From Octopus vulgaris (Eukaryota): a stretch of DNA of 64,000 nucleotides. Positions 27,403-40,037 of this stretch are shown here, piece after piece (within the stretch, counting starts at the first letter, position 1; every line of letters begins with the position of its first letter). The notes beneath the pieces are model-generated. The model was not told the origin of the DNA, did no database searches, and was given only the letters and a program-made list of their open reading frames with translations. Location: contig OX597828.1 of NCBI GenBank assembly GCA_951406725.2, forward strand, positions 27,156,001 through 27,220,000, written 5' to 3'. Position numbers and translations under genes: made by a program.

Positions 27403-28052
27403 GCACTATCTCCGACATAAAACCAAGCGACCATATTCATAACAGTAACGTACTTACAAAATGCAACATATCAGGTATTGAAGCCATCCTAATCAAAGTA
27501 CAGCTTAGATGGTCAGGTCATCCCTCACGTATGAGTGATATCAGAATCCCAAAGCAACTTCTATTTGGCCAATTCCCCATAGGAAGGTCAGTTGGAAGGC
27601 CACTCTTGCGCTTCAAAAAGAAACTGAAAGACAATCTGAAAAGATGCAACATTCCGTTTTCTTCCTGGGAAAACAAAGCATTAAAATGCAGGACCTCGTG
27701 CCGGTCCTGTTTCTCCTCAGTTAAAATTTTTTAGCAAAATCGACTCCGGCATCAAGACCAACATCGTGCAAGCATGAAGACATGCTGGCAAAATGCTGCT
27801 CCCTTAAATGGAAACCTTACCTGTCATTGTGGTTTTTTTTGGCACGAAGCAAAGCAGGCCTTGCTGTCTTTTCAAGAAAACATATACTAAATAATCTGCA
27901 AGCACTCCAGCAAACTGAGTTCTCAACTTGTCCCAGTTTCCAAAAGGTCTGCTAGGCACCAGCAGGCCTCAAGAGACTGAAGCATGTCCATAGAACATGA
28001 TCAACACTTTATTTTACTGAACTCTTATTCATAGTCCATGACAAGAGAATCC

Positions 28053-28055
<3 letters not shown>
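27403..28055 (+). mobile_element. RTE-clade LINE 3' fragment (post-RT C-terminus and 3' end)
   Basis: ISDIKPSDHIHNSNVLTKCNISGIEAILIKVQLRWSGHPSRMSDIRIPKQLLFGQFPIGRSVGRPLLRFKKKLKDNLK is the typical RTE LRWxGH..RM..R.PK..GRP region; decayed Cys motifs follow; ends at (TA)n. Confidence 0.88.
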
Positions 28056-28098
<43 letters not shown>

Positions 28099-28905
28099 GT
28101 GTGTGTGGAGGTACATGGCTTAGGGGTTAGAGTGTTGCACTCATGATTACAAGATCATGAGTTCAGTTCCCAGACTGGGTGCTGTGTTCTTAGGCAAGGC
28201 ACTTCATTTCACATTGCTCTGTGATCATGTTGTCATCTGACAGATGGCACCCATAGCACCTGTACAGTTAATGTCAATCTGATGGAGAGAGTGAGCTTCT
28301 GTGTACACAAAGATTTGTCAGCAAGAAATTGCAGTTGGCTAGATCAGCCACTGGGCTGGAATGAAGACTAGGGTTTTAGTTGGGGTAGGGTTATCCAGGT
28401 GGGAGTGAAAAATACAAGATAAAAGATTATCCTTTAGCTGTGTGGTTTGGTGGTCAATGCAATGCGTGTGGGAGGAAAGGGTTGAGCTAACTAGTGGAGA
28501 GAGGAGGCAATAGGGATGAGAGGTAACATGAGTGTTTAGTTATAAATCTGTTGACTACAACATGGGATTCAGTTTTAAGTTTAAAAAACTTTAATGAGGA
28601 CTGTGTGTGCACTTTAGATGTATATGTTTGTTGATTGATACCAGAATAATGAATTTATTTATTGTAACAACAGTAATGAATAAATATTTATAGTTGTAAC
28701 TTCAACGAAAGGTTTGCAGATGGTTAAAAGTAGTAGAATTAAATAGTACTCGAATACCTAAGGTAGAGTAAAAATGTTATATTGTTAAATCCCCCCAAAA
28801 ACTTGACAAACTGTTACTCAGAGCTCTACATAACTGATATATATATACAAATTTATGGTAAATAAACATACAGCATAATGTATACTAAGTGTGTGTGTGT
28901 GTATG

Positions 28906-28938
<33 letters not shown>

Positions 28939-29107
28939 GGGGAGAGTTTACAAAAAAACAAAAGACGAAAACTGGTGGTGTACAAAACAAACAGATGTAT
29001 TAGTATAACGCTCAGGAATAGAAAAAGGTGTTTTACGTTTCGAGCCTATGCTCTTCTACAGAAAGGGACACAGAAAAAAATGTGTGTAGTGGCTAACGAT
29101 CTATCAT

Positions 29108-29109
<2 letters not shown>
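28939..29109 (-). mobile_element. Family H2 copy 3, inside (TA)n
   Basis: Nearly identical to 1138-1327; motif at 29030-29065. Confidence 0.75.
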
Positions 29110-29161
<52 letters not shown>

Positions 29162-29168
29162 CTATCTA

Positions 29169-29199
<31 letters not shown>

Positions 29200-29214
29200 C
29201 TATCTATCTATCTA

Positions 29215-29270
<56 letters not shown>

Positions 29271-30339
29271 TAAAGTTTGTCGCCACTTTGGCATTGCTGT
29301 TCTGGTTGAACGGAACTGCCATGTTGAAATGGCAACAAACATTACTTGCCAGTATAGCTACTGTGTTCATCTCTCACACATATTATACAACTAGCTCATT
29401 TGCTTTTACACACACACACACACATGTATGTATGTATGTATGTATGAGAGAGATGTTTTCAAGTTCAAACTCTACCTAGGTTCGGATTACGTTTTATCAT
29501 TCTGAGCTCAATAAAATGAAATATCGTGATGAGGAGGAAAGTGATGATATAATCAGCAATACCTGACAGAGTGGTGTCCCAGCATGGCGATGGTTCAATA
29601 TGTGAAACCAGAAACAGCATAGAATAACGTAGCCTAATAGTCCATCATTTTGTGAAAGCGCCTAACTATAACTCCATTTCATTACACATTGACTACACAC
29701 AATGGCACACCTCCACATAGACACATATGTAATGTAAGCCTCCGCCCTCATACATACACAGACATATTTTTCAAAGCTAAGAGTCTACTTAGTATTGGTG
29801 ATTATTGTATTACATCAATTTTATCATGCTTACAGGAGTGCAATTCGTATTTGCTCAACAATTGCTTTTTACAGTTGGATGATTTTTCCAACCAATAATC
29901 ACTCAGCCATGAAGCAATAAGTGTTTTATATATATATGTGTGTGTGTGTGTGTGTATCTTTACTATCAATCAAGCCAACAGGAGTGAGTACAATTCTGTG
30001 CTTAAAAAAACATAATGGCTTTAATAAGATGGGGGGTATGATGACCCTTTTACTTACAAAGCTGTTTTGATCATCATATCTTACACAGGGACAACAGAAC
30101 ACAATTTTGTTTTGTTTTCCATTTTTATGGTGGAAGAGAAAGGGAAAGTGAGGGAAGGCTTTCATTAATTAAATCATACACCCATACTAGATTAGTACCT
30201 GAGTTATTATTGATTGCAAAATGATAAAATTAAAAACTAGACCTCTCAGAATTTTAATATGATACACATTCAAATAAGCCTTTATGAAATATAGATACTC
30301 TGTATGTGTATCTATCTGTCTGTCTATCTATCTTTCTAT

Positions 30340-30485
30340 TTTTCTTTCCTTTTTTTTCTTTCATACTTTCCCTTTTACGATCCCTTTTGATCGAAAGCCT
30401 ACCCCACTTTTTTTTTTGCTCCCCAAAAAGAAAAGCTCTACTTTGTCCTGTCTGTGTGCAGCCCTGTGTGGCTAATAAAGAAACA
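30340..30485 (+). mobile_element. Short retroposon 3' end sharing its terminus with SINE A tail 2
   Basis: TTGTCCTGTCTGTGTGCAGCCCTGTGTGGCTAATAAAGAAAC versus TTGTCCCCTCTGTGTTTAGCTCCTTGTGGGTAGTAAAGAAAT at 7160-7202. Confidence 0.5.
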
Positions 30486-30866
30486 TATCTATCTATCTAT
30501 CTATGTGCATCAGTGTGTATATATATATAAATATATATATATGTGTCTATATATATATACGTATATGTGTATATATATATATATAGGGACTTTGAATTTT
30601 TGGCTAGTTAAGCCATTGTGATGCATTAATCTTAGTTTTGTATAGTCTCTGTTGGCTTAAAGTCTTTGTGTTTGAGAAGGGTAGTAATTAGGTTTTAGAT
30701 TGGATTGTTATGGAGAGCTGTTTTGGAGGAATTTTGATTGATTAAATTTGAGCTTGTGTTATTGTTTAGAATGTAAGTCTCTACACTTGTATCAATAATT
30801 ATAGTTCTTTATTTCCAGCAATATTGAGCTCTACTTATTTTGTCATCACCACACTTCCTTTGTGTG

Positions 30867-30930
<64 letters not shown>

Positions 30931-31103
30931 CACACATACATAAAATGTGTGTTGTGTGTGACAGTCATTTTAGTTTCCATTTACCAAATCTAATAGCAAG
31001 GTTTTGCTTCACTCAGGGTCTTAGTAGAAGACATTTATGTAAGGTACCACACAGTAGGACTGGGCCTGAAACAATGTGGTTGGGAAGCAAGTTTTGAGTA
31101 GTC

Positions 31104-31315
31104 TGTAGAAGGGATAAGAAGCAACTTTCAGGAACAATAATAGTTTATTGGCAGAGAAAGTTGTAGGCTTTTCCCATATTGAAGTTTGTTAAGCGGAAAA
31201 AGTTTTTTTTTTATATAGTTCACGGTTAGCAACTAGGTTTGCTATGAATGCAAATAAAAATCCAAATTGAGGGAACAGAGCAGGTAAAAATACAGGCTTT
31301 ATATCTTTCCTAGCA
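31104..31315 (-). mobile_element. Possible solo LTR
   Basis: Minus strand TG...GATATAAAGC...AATAAA...CTACA order; no TSD seen. Confidence 0.25.
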
Positions 31316-32663
31316 GAACCATGAAAGTAAAGATTATATGAGAGGCTTCCACACTGTTTCCACTAATGTAACTAAAGCCCACAGAATTGGTTGGTCTGGA
31401 CTATAAAAAAAGAAATGTTCAAAATGCTACAGAATAGATCTTGTGTTCTTCACACAACTGACTCTAACGTTTTAGTTCACTCTAAGAGAAAATACAATAT
31501 TAGGTGTTGAAATGTGGCACCTGAAAACACTGAGTGATTACACTAATTAAAATATATTGTTAATAATAAACATAGAAAAATGCCTAGGTTAATAATTGTA
31601 AAGGACATCTTCCAATTTAATTACTGTGATTTCTATAATTTTACATCTTGTTTTTCTTTTTTCTGTTCTTTTAGCAAATGATCAACAAGATTTTTATATT
31701 TTTCTTTGTCTTCGTTTGCTTTCTTTTTTTTTTTTTGTGGAGGTAGGGTGGGGGTGGCTCGATTACCTTCTTTTGCTCATTTATTCCTTCTTTCTACTTT
31801 GACAACTTTTTCAGTGTGATTCTTCATTTCATAATATTAGGTCTTGCATTGTAGATTATTTCAGTTAATCCATTAATCTCGTCAAACATACTATCTACTA
31901 CTATCAGTCACACACATGTACCAACATCTAGACACTACTACCACCACCTCACACACCACACCACACACACCAGCCAACCAGCTGCTCACTTACTCACTCC
32001 CTCCGCTTCCCCCTTCACTTCCATCATCCACCATATCAATTCTTCACATATTGTTGTCACCACCATTCCCCCTCTCTTGTTGCCCCTTCACCTCCAACAC
32101 CCTCCCATCCAACCTCCCCCCCCCTATTTTGGCACAATATCTCATCTCAGCTCATCTTTACTGTGTTTCCATCACTGTAACCATCGATGACATGGCATCG
32201 TTAATCAGCAACATCGTTTCCTGTATCACTTCATCTTCGACTTCACTCCCAACAGTTCCATCAATCAGTTTTAATTACTGTTTAAATGAATTGCTTCACT
32301 TTGATATTAATTAGGTTCAACTTCAGTTACAAACTGTTGCTACATTAAACAAACTTGTTGTGAAGATGTATATGCTTATGTGTGTTTGTGTGTATGTATA
32401 TATATAATTACTTTGTGTGTGTGTGTGTGTTTGTGTGTGTTGTTCGGATGGTCATATTATAAATTGTCATGGTAGTTGATGAACTTGTTCAAGATGACAT
32501 ATGTCGGGGAATACAGTTTTCTAACTTCTACATATCTTTCTAATCTTAAACTTCTAGAATTCATAATATCAAATGGTTTTCAACGTCCATACTATTTAAG
32601 TGGTTCCTGCCAGTGGAGTTTGATGGTCATGCTGGAGCACTGTAACCTAATGATATAATTAAA

Positions 32664-32712
<49 letters not shown>

Positions 32713-32926
32713 TTTATATATACACACTCTCTCACACATACACACACATATCAGTATACACCACTCTGCTCTCTCTACCACCATCCACTGCAAACACACT
32801 GACTCATACTCACACCACATTCAGAGGGCGCTTTTTATGTGTCACTGGCACAAGAGCCGGTTAGGTGGTCCTGTCATCGATCACATTCAGATATATATAT
32901 ATATATATATATAGATGAAATTTATA

Positions 32927-33620
32927 GATGAAATTTATAGAAAAACGAAAGACGAAGACAGGTGTATGAACAACAAGCAGGTGTATTAGTTTGATGCTTG
33001 GGAAAATGAAAAATGAAAAAGTGTTTTATGTTTCGAGCCTACGCTCTTCAACAGAAAGGAATTAGAGGAAAAAGAACAGAGAGAAAATGAAGAGGGGAAG
33101 TGGATGTCAGATAAAGAGAGGAAACAGGTGTCAGATGAAGAGAGGTGGGGAGAGTCATATAAAGAGAGGAGGGGATTTGATCCCATGTGGCACAAAGGAG
33201 CGAAGTGGGAAGATTAATTCCTGTTCATGGCAAAGATGGGAGTCCAGATGGCCCTTGTGTAAAAACAATCTAAACACAGACAGATGATGTGGTGAATGAC
33301 CGGTAGAGCAGAAATGGCATGAGACCAGGATGTTGTTGCCAAGTCAGATGTTTCAGAGATGCTCTATGAACCAGTCAGCCAGTGGCATCCTGCTTGACTG
33401 GTGGACAGGGAAGAGCAGGAGATGCAGTAAATGATGTTACTAGAAGTGCAGGTAAGGGAGTCAGGGATGTGGTAGGGACAATGATGGTTGCTTGTGATGA
33501 AGGTGGTGTCAGGGAGGCAGGGTCAAGTGTGGAAGTATGGGTGGGTGCAGGGGAATGAGCTAGGCTAGGAGGTGGGGTTAGAGAAGAAATTGTGAACAAA
33601 GACCATCTAGTCATCCTTCA
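32927..33620 (-). mobile_element. Family H2 copy 4 with longer pyrimidine-rich 5' extension
   Basis: Motif at 33023-33058 (core CUGUUGA, GAAAC-AUA); adjacent to (TA)n; includes a 24-bp tandem repeat at 33087-33175. The extension boundary is uncertain. Confidence 0.55.
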
Positions 33621-34000
33621 CTGATGACTTATGGAGTGATTTTGTTTCAAATGAAGAGAAGTTGCACACCACCAACCTCACTCGTTCATGTCCATGACCA
33701 TCTTCAGTTCAGTGGCAAGATCAGTTCTCCCTACCCTATAATATGTTGCTCTGGCTGCCTCTTCTTCCACTGAACCATGAACGTTTCTTTCTCAGAGTCA
33801 GATGGGTTCAGTCTCGCCATACATAGGTGAATAAGCCCTAATATGTTTATAGCCTATATCTGGGAACCTGACAGGTACTACTCCTCAGGGTCAGAGTAGA
33901 ACTGGGATCAATTGTGACTAACAAGTGGTTCAGCAAGTATACTTTACTGAGGCAGTATTAGATTAAAACAGCCATCAGTGTATCATACTTAATTCATATA

Positions 34001-34283
34001 CACAGCTGATAGGCCAGTTACTGCAGTATTTCTCCTGAGATAACATTTCTTGAGGACATGCCATGTTAAAAGCACAATATATATCCAAGGAAAAGTGGCT
34101 GACTGTTAGTGCATGTCATTGTAAAGGCCCCCAAAACAATTGAAATATATCTAGTGTTCTTGCTGGCCACTGCTAGAACAAATTATCATCTCCCTCCAAT
34201 ATTTATTGTATTTTTAACACAGTATGTCCATAAGAGATGTTATCTCAAGACAAATACTTAAGTAAATTTGCCTATCAACAGTG
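34001..34283. mobile_element. Old MITE with about 80-bp diverged TIRs (Tc1/mariner-type, TA on left)
   Basis: CACAGCTGATAGGC..GAGATAACATTTCTT..GTTAAAAGCACAATA aligns to the reverse complement of 34204-34283. Confidence 0.75.
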
Positions 34284-35142
34284 CAAGATATGTTAATTAT
34301 TCATAGTTATGGAGATGGTGTATTTAGAAACTCAGTTTGTGTTTTTCAAATTTTCTTCTTTAAAAATACAATTTTATTATCTTCCCAGCACTACTATATA
34401 TATTTTCTTTGGAATGTCAGTACCATTAGGCACCATTCTGAAAACGGTGTGATGAGTGTTTTACATTAACTGGTATTCATATAATTAATTAAATGGCATA
34501 CAAACAAGGAAGAATTCGCTAATTAAACCAAGCAAATGATATTTCCCCTAATTCCTCAGATAATGAATAGATCATTGATGAGATATTCTTTTTACAGAAG
34601 ATTCCAAGCAAGTGATACCACATGTATGAATGGTGACTTTGTTTATAACTAACACACACAAAAGTGTCAAGATGAGGAAAGTCCTACATGTACATACACA
34701 CACATGTATGTGTATATATATAAGTGTGTGTATGTATATATTAGTGTGTGAATATCTAATATAGTAAATGTGAAAACTAATTTCTGTGTGTCGGTGTGTC
34801 ACGCTTTGAACCCCCTCTCTCACTATTACCACACTGGTAATAGAGGTGGAGCGGAAGGCAGTGAAGTCAAAGGTATTGATGTTGGTGGCGTCAGAAGTTT
34901 GAATGGTGTGTATATGGCAGATGTGGTTGTACTGTTGATTATCATGCAGCTTTGCAATAAGTTAGAAATTGACAAATTATGTCATTGTTTTGATGAAAAT
35001 TTCTTCATTGCTTGAAAAATATTGTTCAAGTTTAATAAAATTTAATATGTACTCAATGCATGAAGTTTCGCTGTTGGGCCCAAGGCTTACTGAAGATCTC
35101 TCCACGGGAGCTAGCTTAAAAGCCACCCCATTCTATGTATGT

Positions 35143-35305
35143 GTGGCACGTAAAAAGCACCCGCTACGCTCACGGAGTGGTTGGTGACAGGAAGGGCATC
35201 CAGCTGTAGAAACACTGCCTGATCAGACTGGAGCCTGGTGAAGCCTCCTGGCTTCCCAGGCCCCGGTCGAACCGTCCAACCCGTGCTAGCATGGAAAACA
35301 GACGT
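35143..35305 (+). mobile_element. Family C, 5'-truncated RTE-like LINE 3' end
   Basis: TGGCACGTAAAAAGCACCC..GGAAGGGCATCCAGCTGTAGAAA..GCTAGCATGGAAA. Other copies 8096-8170(-), 10770-10958(+), 37297-37547(+), 52368-52541(+), 53245-53437(+). Confidence 0.8.
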
Positions 35306-35725
35306 CAGGTCATTCTATTTTAATTTTCTGGTATTAGGAGGGATTTCTAGCCATAAACCCATGCCAAATCAGACACTGGAGTAAAACTGTTAAACCGATG
35401 CCAGAATAGTATATGGACATTGAATGATGATGATGAGTATATATAAATGATGGGCTTCTTGCAGTTTCTTTCTATGAAATTTACACACAATGCAGTGGTG
35501 CTGCATTTGAATATTCTTGTGCAAGGTGCTGTGTCGTGGGACTGAACCCCAAACTACCTGTTTGAGAAGTAAACTTCTCGACCACTCGGCCATACCTATT
35601 CAAGAATTTGTTTCACATTAGACTTGTTACATCGTTATCAAATGATATCATTTTAACAATTAAAACTGTTGTAAGTTTCATTGATATTGTATTGTAGTGA
35701 ACCAACTTTAGTTCTGTATTTCCTG

Positions 35726-35762
<37 letters not shown>

Positions 35763-36364
35763 GCTATATTGTTGTTCTTCATGTTATGTATTATTATTCG
35801 TAGTAATAACAGTGGTAACAGTAGCAATAGTAGTAGTAGTAGTAGTAGTAGCATAAGGCAAAATTTGATATACACATTAGTACAAATTGATAATAACTGT
35901 CCGTTGAAATCAGTGACCTTCAAGTGTAGGTGAAGATATATGCATTAGTGTTATTTCTACCAATTAGTGTTCTGTTTAATGTATATAACAACGGCTAGGC
36001 TTTCCTTCCATGTCTTAAGAAATGATCCTTCACGAAAATGGGATGTGGCATTGCCTGCGAGTCACAGCATTCACCGGAAGACAAGCAACAACCCAATCCT
36101 GCTGCTAATCAGTATGCCGAGCATGTGAATCATACCCTTCTTTTCAAATTCTGTTCTTTTCTCTTACACGAGATGTAAGCATTGCTGAGAAGTCCTCGGG
36201 GCTAGCAACGTAGCTTTTCAGTAATTGCCAGTATTCGTAAATGTATTTAATTGTGAGTGACACTGAGGATTTGGAATGTGTGTCCATTGTTACCTGTTTA
36301 CAGTACAATAAGCGAGAAGTTCTCCAATGTATTATTGTTATTATCGCTATCATCATCATTATTA

Positions 36365-36401
<37 letters not shown>

Positions 36402-37549
36402 ATATAAAAATGTTGACGATTTATTATTCTGGCTTCAATTCACAGTTTCAGAGGATAAGAATAAACGAGAACAAACAACAGAAGAAAACAAAAAAAAAAT
36501 GGGGAAAATAAAAACAACAAAATATTTCCATTTTCCATGATTACACATCATATTAACGAGAAAATATTACCAAGATGAAAATTTCTTACAAATTATTTTC
36601 CTTTTAATTATGTCTAAGACTATACATTGACTTTAGGTTTTGTTAAAGATTTAATATGCATGTTTTCACCTCATACGAGGCTTTGTATGTGTGTGTGTGT
36701 GTGTGTGTGATTCCATCTGTCTGTCTGTCCATGATATTATCTTTTGGTATTTGCTTGTTTCAGTTATTGGGCTGTGGCCATGTTGAGGCACATCCTTTAA
36801 TAGTTCTAGTGACTTTTTTTTTTAAAGTCTTGTCATTTTGCTGTTGCTCTCTTTTGTCGAACCCCTAAGTTACAAGGATGTAAACAAACTAACACCTGTT
36901 GTTAAGCAGTGGAGGTGTGTGTAACAAACACACACATACCAGGACACACGCATGCTACACTCACATACAAAAACATGCACACACACACACACACAAAAAC
37001 ATGGACACACACACACACACACACACAAGCTTTTGCACACTTTATGTCAACAAAATTGACTGACAAGGCAATAGTTGACCTAGGGTTATAGAAGAAGACA
37101 TCTGCCAAAGTTACCACAGAGTGGGTCTGAACCTGGAACCACTTGGTTGCAAAGCAAGTTTCTTAAACACTCACACTTACTTATGCCTCTGATTGAGGCT
37201 AAATATCTAACTTCACAATTCCAGAAGTGTATTGACTGACCAGGGATATTTATCTATATAGATATATGTTTATATATGTAGATATAGATAGAGATCTGTG
37301 CTGGCGGCACGTAAAAAGCACCAACTGATCATGGTTGTTGCTAGCCTCCTCTGGGCCCTGTACAGGTGGCACGTAAAAAAGCACCCACAACACTCTCAGA
37401 GTGGTTGGCGTTAAGAAGGGCATCCAGCTGTAGAAACACTGCCAGATCAAACTGAAGCCTGGTGCAGCCTCCTGGCTTCCCAGATCCCCGGTCGAACCGT
37501 CCAACCCATACCAGCATGGAAAATGGACGTTTAACAATGATGATGATTA

Positions 37550-37625
37550 TATGTGGGTGTTGAAAAGTTGTTGGCTTTAAGGGTGTTGTGAAAGGCCTGG
37601 TTGGTGGCCCAGTCTTCCGAGTTCA
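37550..37625 (+). mobile_element. Possible mariner terminal fragment
   Basis: TATGTGGGTGTTGAAAAGTTGTTGGCTTTAA resembles mariner-type ends; one end only. Confidence 0.35.
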
Positions 37626-37833
37626 TTTACCAAATCTACTTACAAGGCTTTGGGTGATCCAGGATTATAGTTGAAGATACTTGCCCAAGGTGGATAACAG
37701 TGATCTGGATCTACAGTGTTTAAGGAAAAAAGAAAGGAAAAAAGGACCCTCACATCATGATTGCCCTTAACATTAGGCTTCGTTCCTCTGAGTTGATCGG
37801 CTATGAGCATCATGTGATGCAGCAGCAGCAGCA

Positions 37834-38182
37834 GGTGGCGCAATGGCCCAGTGGTAGGGCAGCGGACTCACGGTTGGAGAATCACGGTTTCGATTCCCAG
37901 TTGTGTGTGTTTATTGAGCGAAAAACACCTAAATCTCCGCAAGGCTCCGGCAGGGGGTGGTGGTGACCCCCTGTTGTACTCTTTTGCTCCAACTTTCTCT
38001 CACTCTTTCTTCCTGTTTCTTATCCCCAACTTCCTATGCAACCCCTGAGCCTGGATGCACATTCATCCATCCGTCGATGCTCTCGGTGTCGGGGGTTGAC
38101 CTGCTTTCTCTTCTGCGGGTCTTACGAATAGCAAAGGACCTCGTTTTGGACTTTTCCAAAATGCTCGACAAACAAACAAAGA
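37834..38182 (+). mobile_element. Full-length SINE family F (tRNA-derived, (CAAA)n tail)
   Basis: A-box TGGCCCAGTGG, B-box GGTTTCGATTCC; flanking AGCAGCAGCA at 37824-37833 and 38183-38192. Confidence 0.88.
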
Positions 38183-39149
38183 AGCAGCAGCATCTGTTAA
38201 CAGTTTCAATGCATAGTTGGTGCATTACATTGCAAAAGAATGCACATTGCTGCAAACAAACAACAAACAACAAAACCATATCAGACTGATAACAACCGAA
38301 TTTGGTTAATTTGGTCACTGTTCTTCATTTGAAATACCAGTGAGCCAGTTCCCTCCCTCCTTATTTTGAGGACCTTGACAAAAAGAAATTGAAGAATTAG
38401 TTCCAGCACAATAGCACCAAAATGAATTAATAACTTGGCTAGTTTTGTTCTTGCCATAATTCTGTGTGTGTGTCTATGGAGGAGTTTGAGCTTGTGATGT
38501 CACCCTCTGGGCATTTACCATTTCATCATAATAAAGACGAAAATGATTGCAAATTCTAAAGAAGGAACATATTTTCTCTCTATCTAATACTAGCTCTGTC
38601 TATCTTTCTTTTAAATTCTTTGTGTGTGTGTGTGTGTGTGTTTTGCTTTTCAACTTCAAATTTATCTTCCTAATTCTTGATTTCTCAAACCATACTTTTC
38701 TCATTCTTTGCATCTCTTACTTACTCAATTCACTTCATCTTCTCTCTTTTTCTCCCCCACACAGCTTCTCACTTTATTCCTTCCCATCTTCTTTATTCCC
38801 CCTTTTCCCTCTTTCTCCCTTCTGCTTATTATTATTCCACTCTCTCAGTCTCTCTTCTTACCATTCTCTTTTACATGACCTCTACAAATAACCATTATCA
38901 TAAAATGCATCATAACAAAGCTTTTCTACTTTTTATAACAACTTGTTTCAGCCACTGGACTGTGACCATGCTGGGGCACTACCTTGAAGGATTTAGCCGA
39001 ACAGATGGACCCCAATACTTAGTTCTTACATTTGTTATTAATTCCATTGGTATCTCTTTGCTGAACCTCTAAGTTATAGTGACGTAACCCAACAGCAGTT
39101 GCCAAGTGGTGATTGGGGACTAACACAAACATACATACGCATGCTCACA

Positions 39150-39180
<31 letters not shown>

Positions 39181-39480
39181 AATTAGAAACAACCATCTTT
39201 TATCAATTCAAAATGAACAATTAAATTACACAATCTAGAAAATTTCATATAATAGAAATATAAAATTAAAATAACAATAATATACCGATGATTAAGTAAA
39301 TTGCAAAAAAATAATAGAATAAAATACCAAATATATACATTTTTATTATTTTTTTTCAATTTACTTAATCATCAGTATATTATTGTTATTTTAATTTTAT
39401 ATTTCTATTATATGTAATTTTCTAGATGGTGTAATGTAACTGTTCATTTTGAATTGATAAAAGGTGTTTTTTTTCTAATT
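39181..39480. repeat. Foldback element with about 136-bp inverted arms inside (TA)n
   Basis: 39181-39316 aligns to the reverse complement of 39344-39480 with few mismatches. Confidence 0.92.
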
Positions 39481-39496
39481 TATATATATATATATA

Positions 39497-40002
39497 TCAA
39501 GACCTTTGGAAATATGCAGTGCGGGAGAAGTCCTGGCAAGCCAAGTGAGACCATAACCCGTGGCCTATGCCAGGGGTGTAACCAGCTCACTTATGCATAC
39601 CTTTCCTTCAGTGGACAGTAATCTCTGCTTGCGAAGACCTGCAAGTGAAATCAAAATCAAATCAAATTCGCAAATTCAATGACTGGCACCCGTGTCAGTG
39701 GAGTGCTAAGAGCACTATCCGAGCGTGATCACTGCCAGAGCCGCTGACAGGCTTCCGTGCTGGTGGCACGTAAAAAACACCACTTGTGCGTGTCCGTTGC
39801 CAGTACCGCCTGACTGGTCCTTGTGCCGGCGGCACATAAAAGCACCCACTACACTCTCAGAGTTGTTGGCATTAGGAAGAGCATCCAGCTGTAGAAACTC
39901 TGCCAGATCAGATTGGAGACCGGTGCAGCCATCTGGTTTGCCAGTCCTCAGTCAAATTGTCCAACTCATGCTAGCATGGAAAATGGACGTTAAACGATGA
40001 TG

Positions 40003-40005
<3 letters not shown>
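39497..40005 (+). mobile_element. Family C long copy: LINE ORF C-terminus plus 3' UTR plus (GAT)n
   Basis: Starts with DLWKYAVREKSWQAK* (RTE-like ORF end), then tandem GGCACGTAAAAAGCACC-type units and the common tail. Confidence 0.75.
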
Positions 40006-40037
<32 letters not shown>

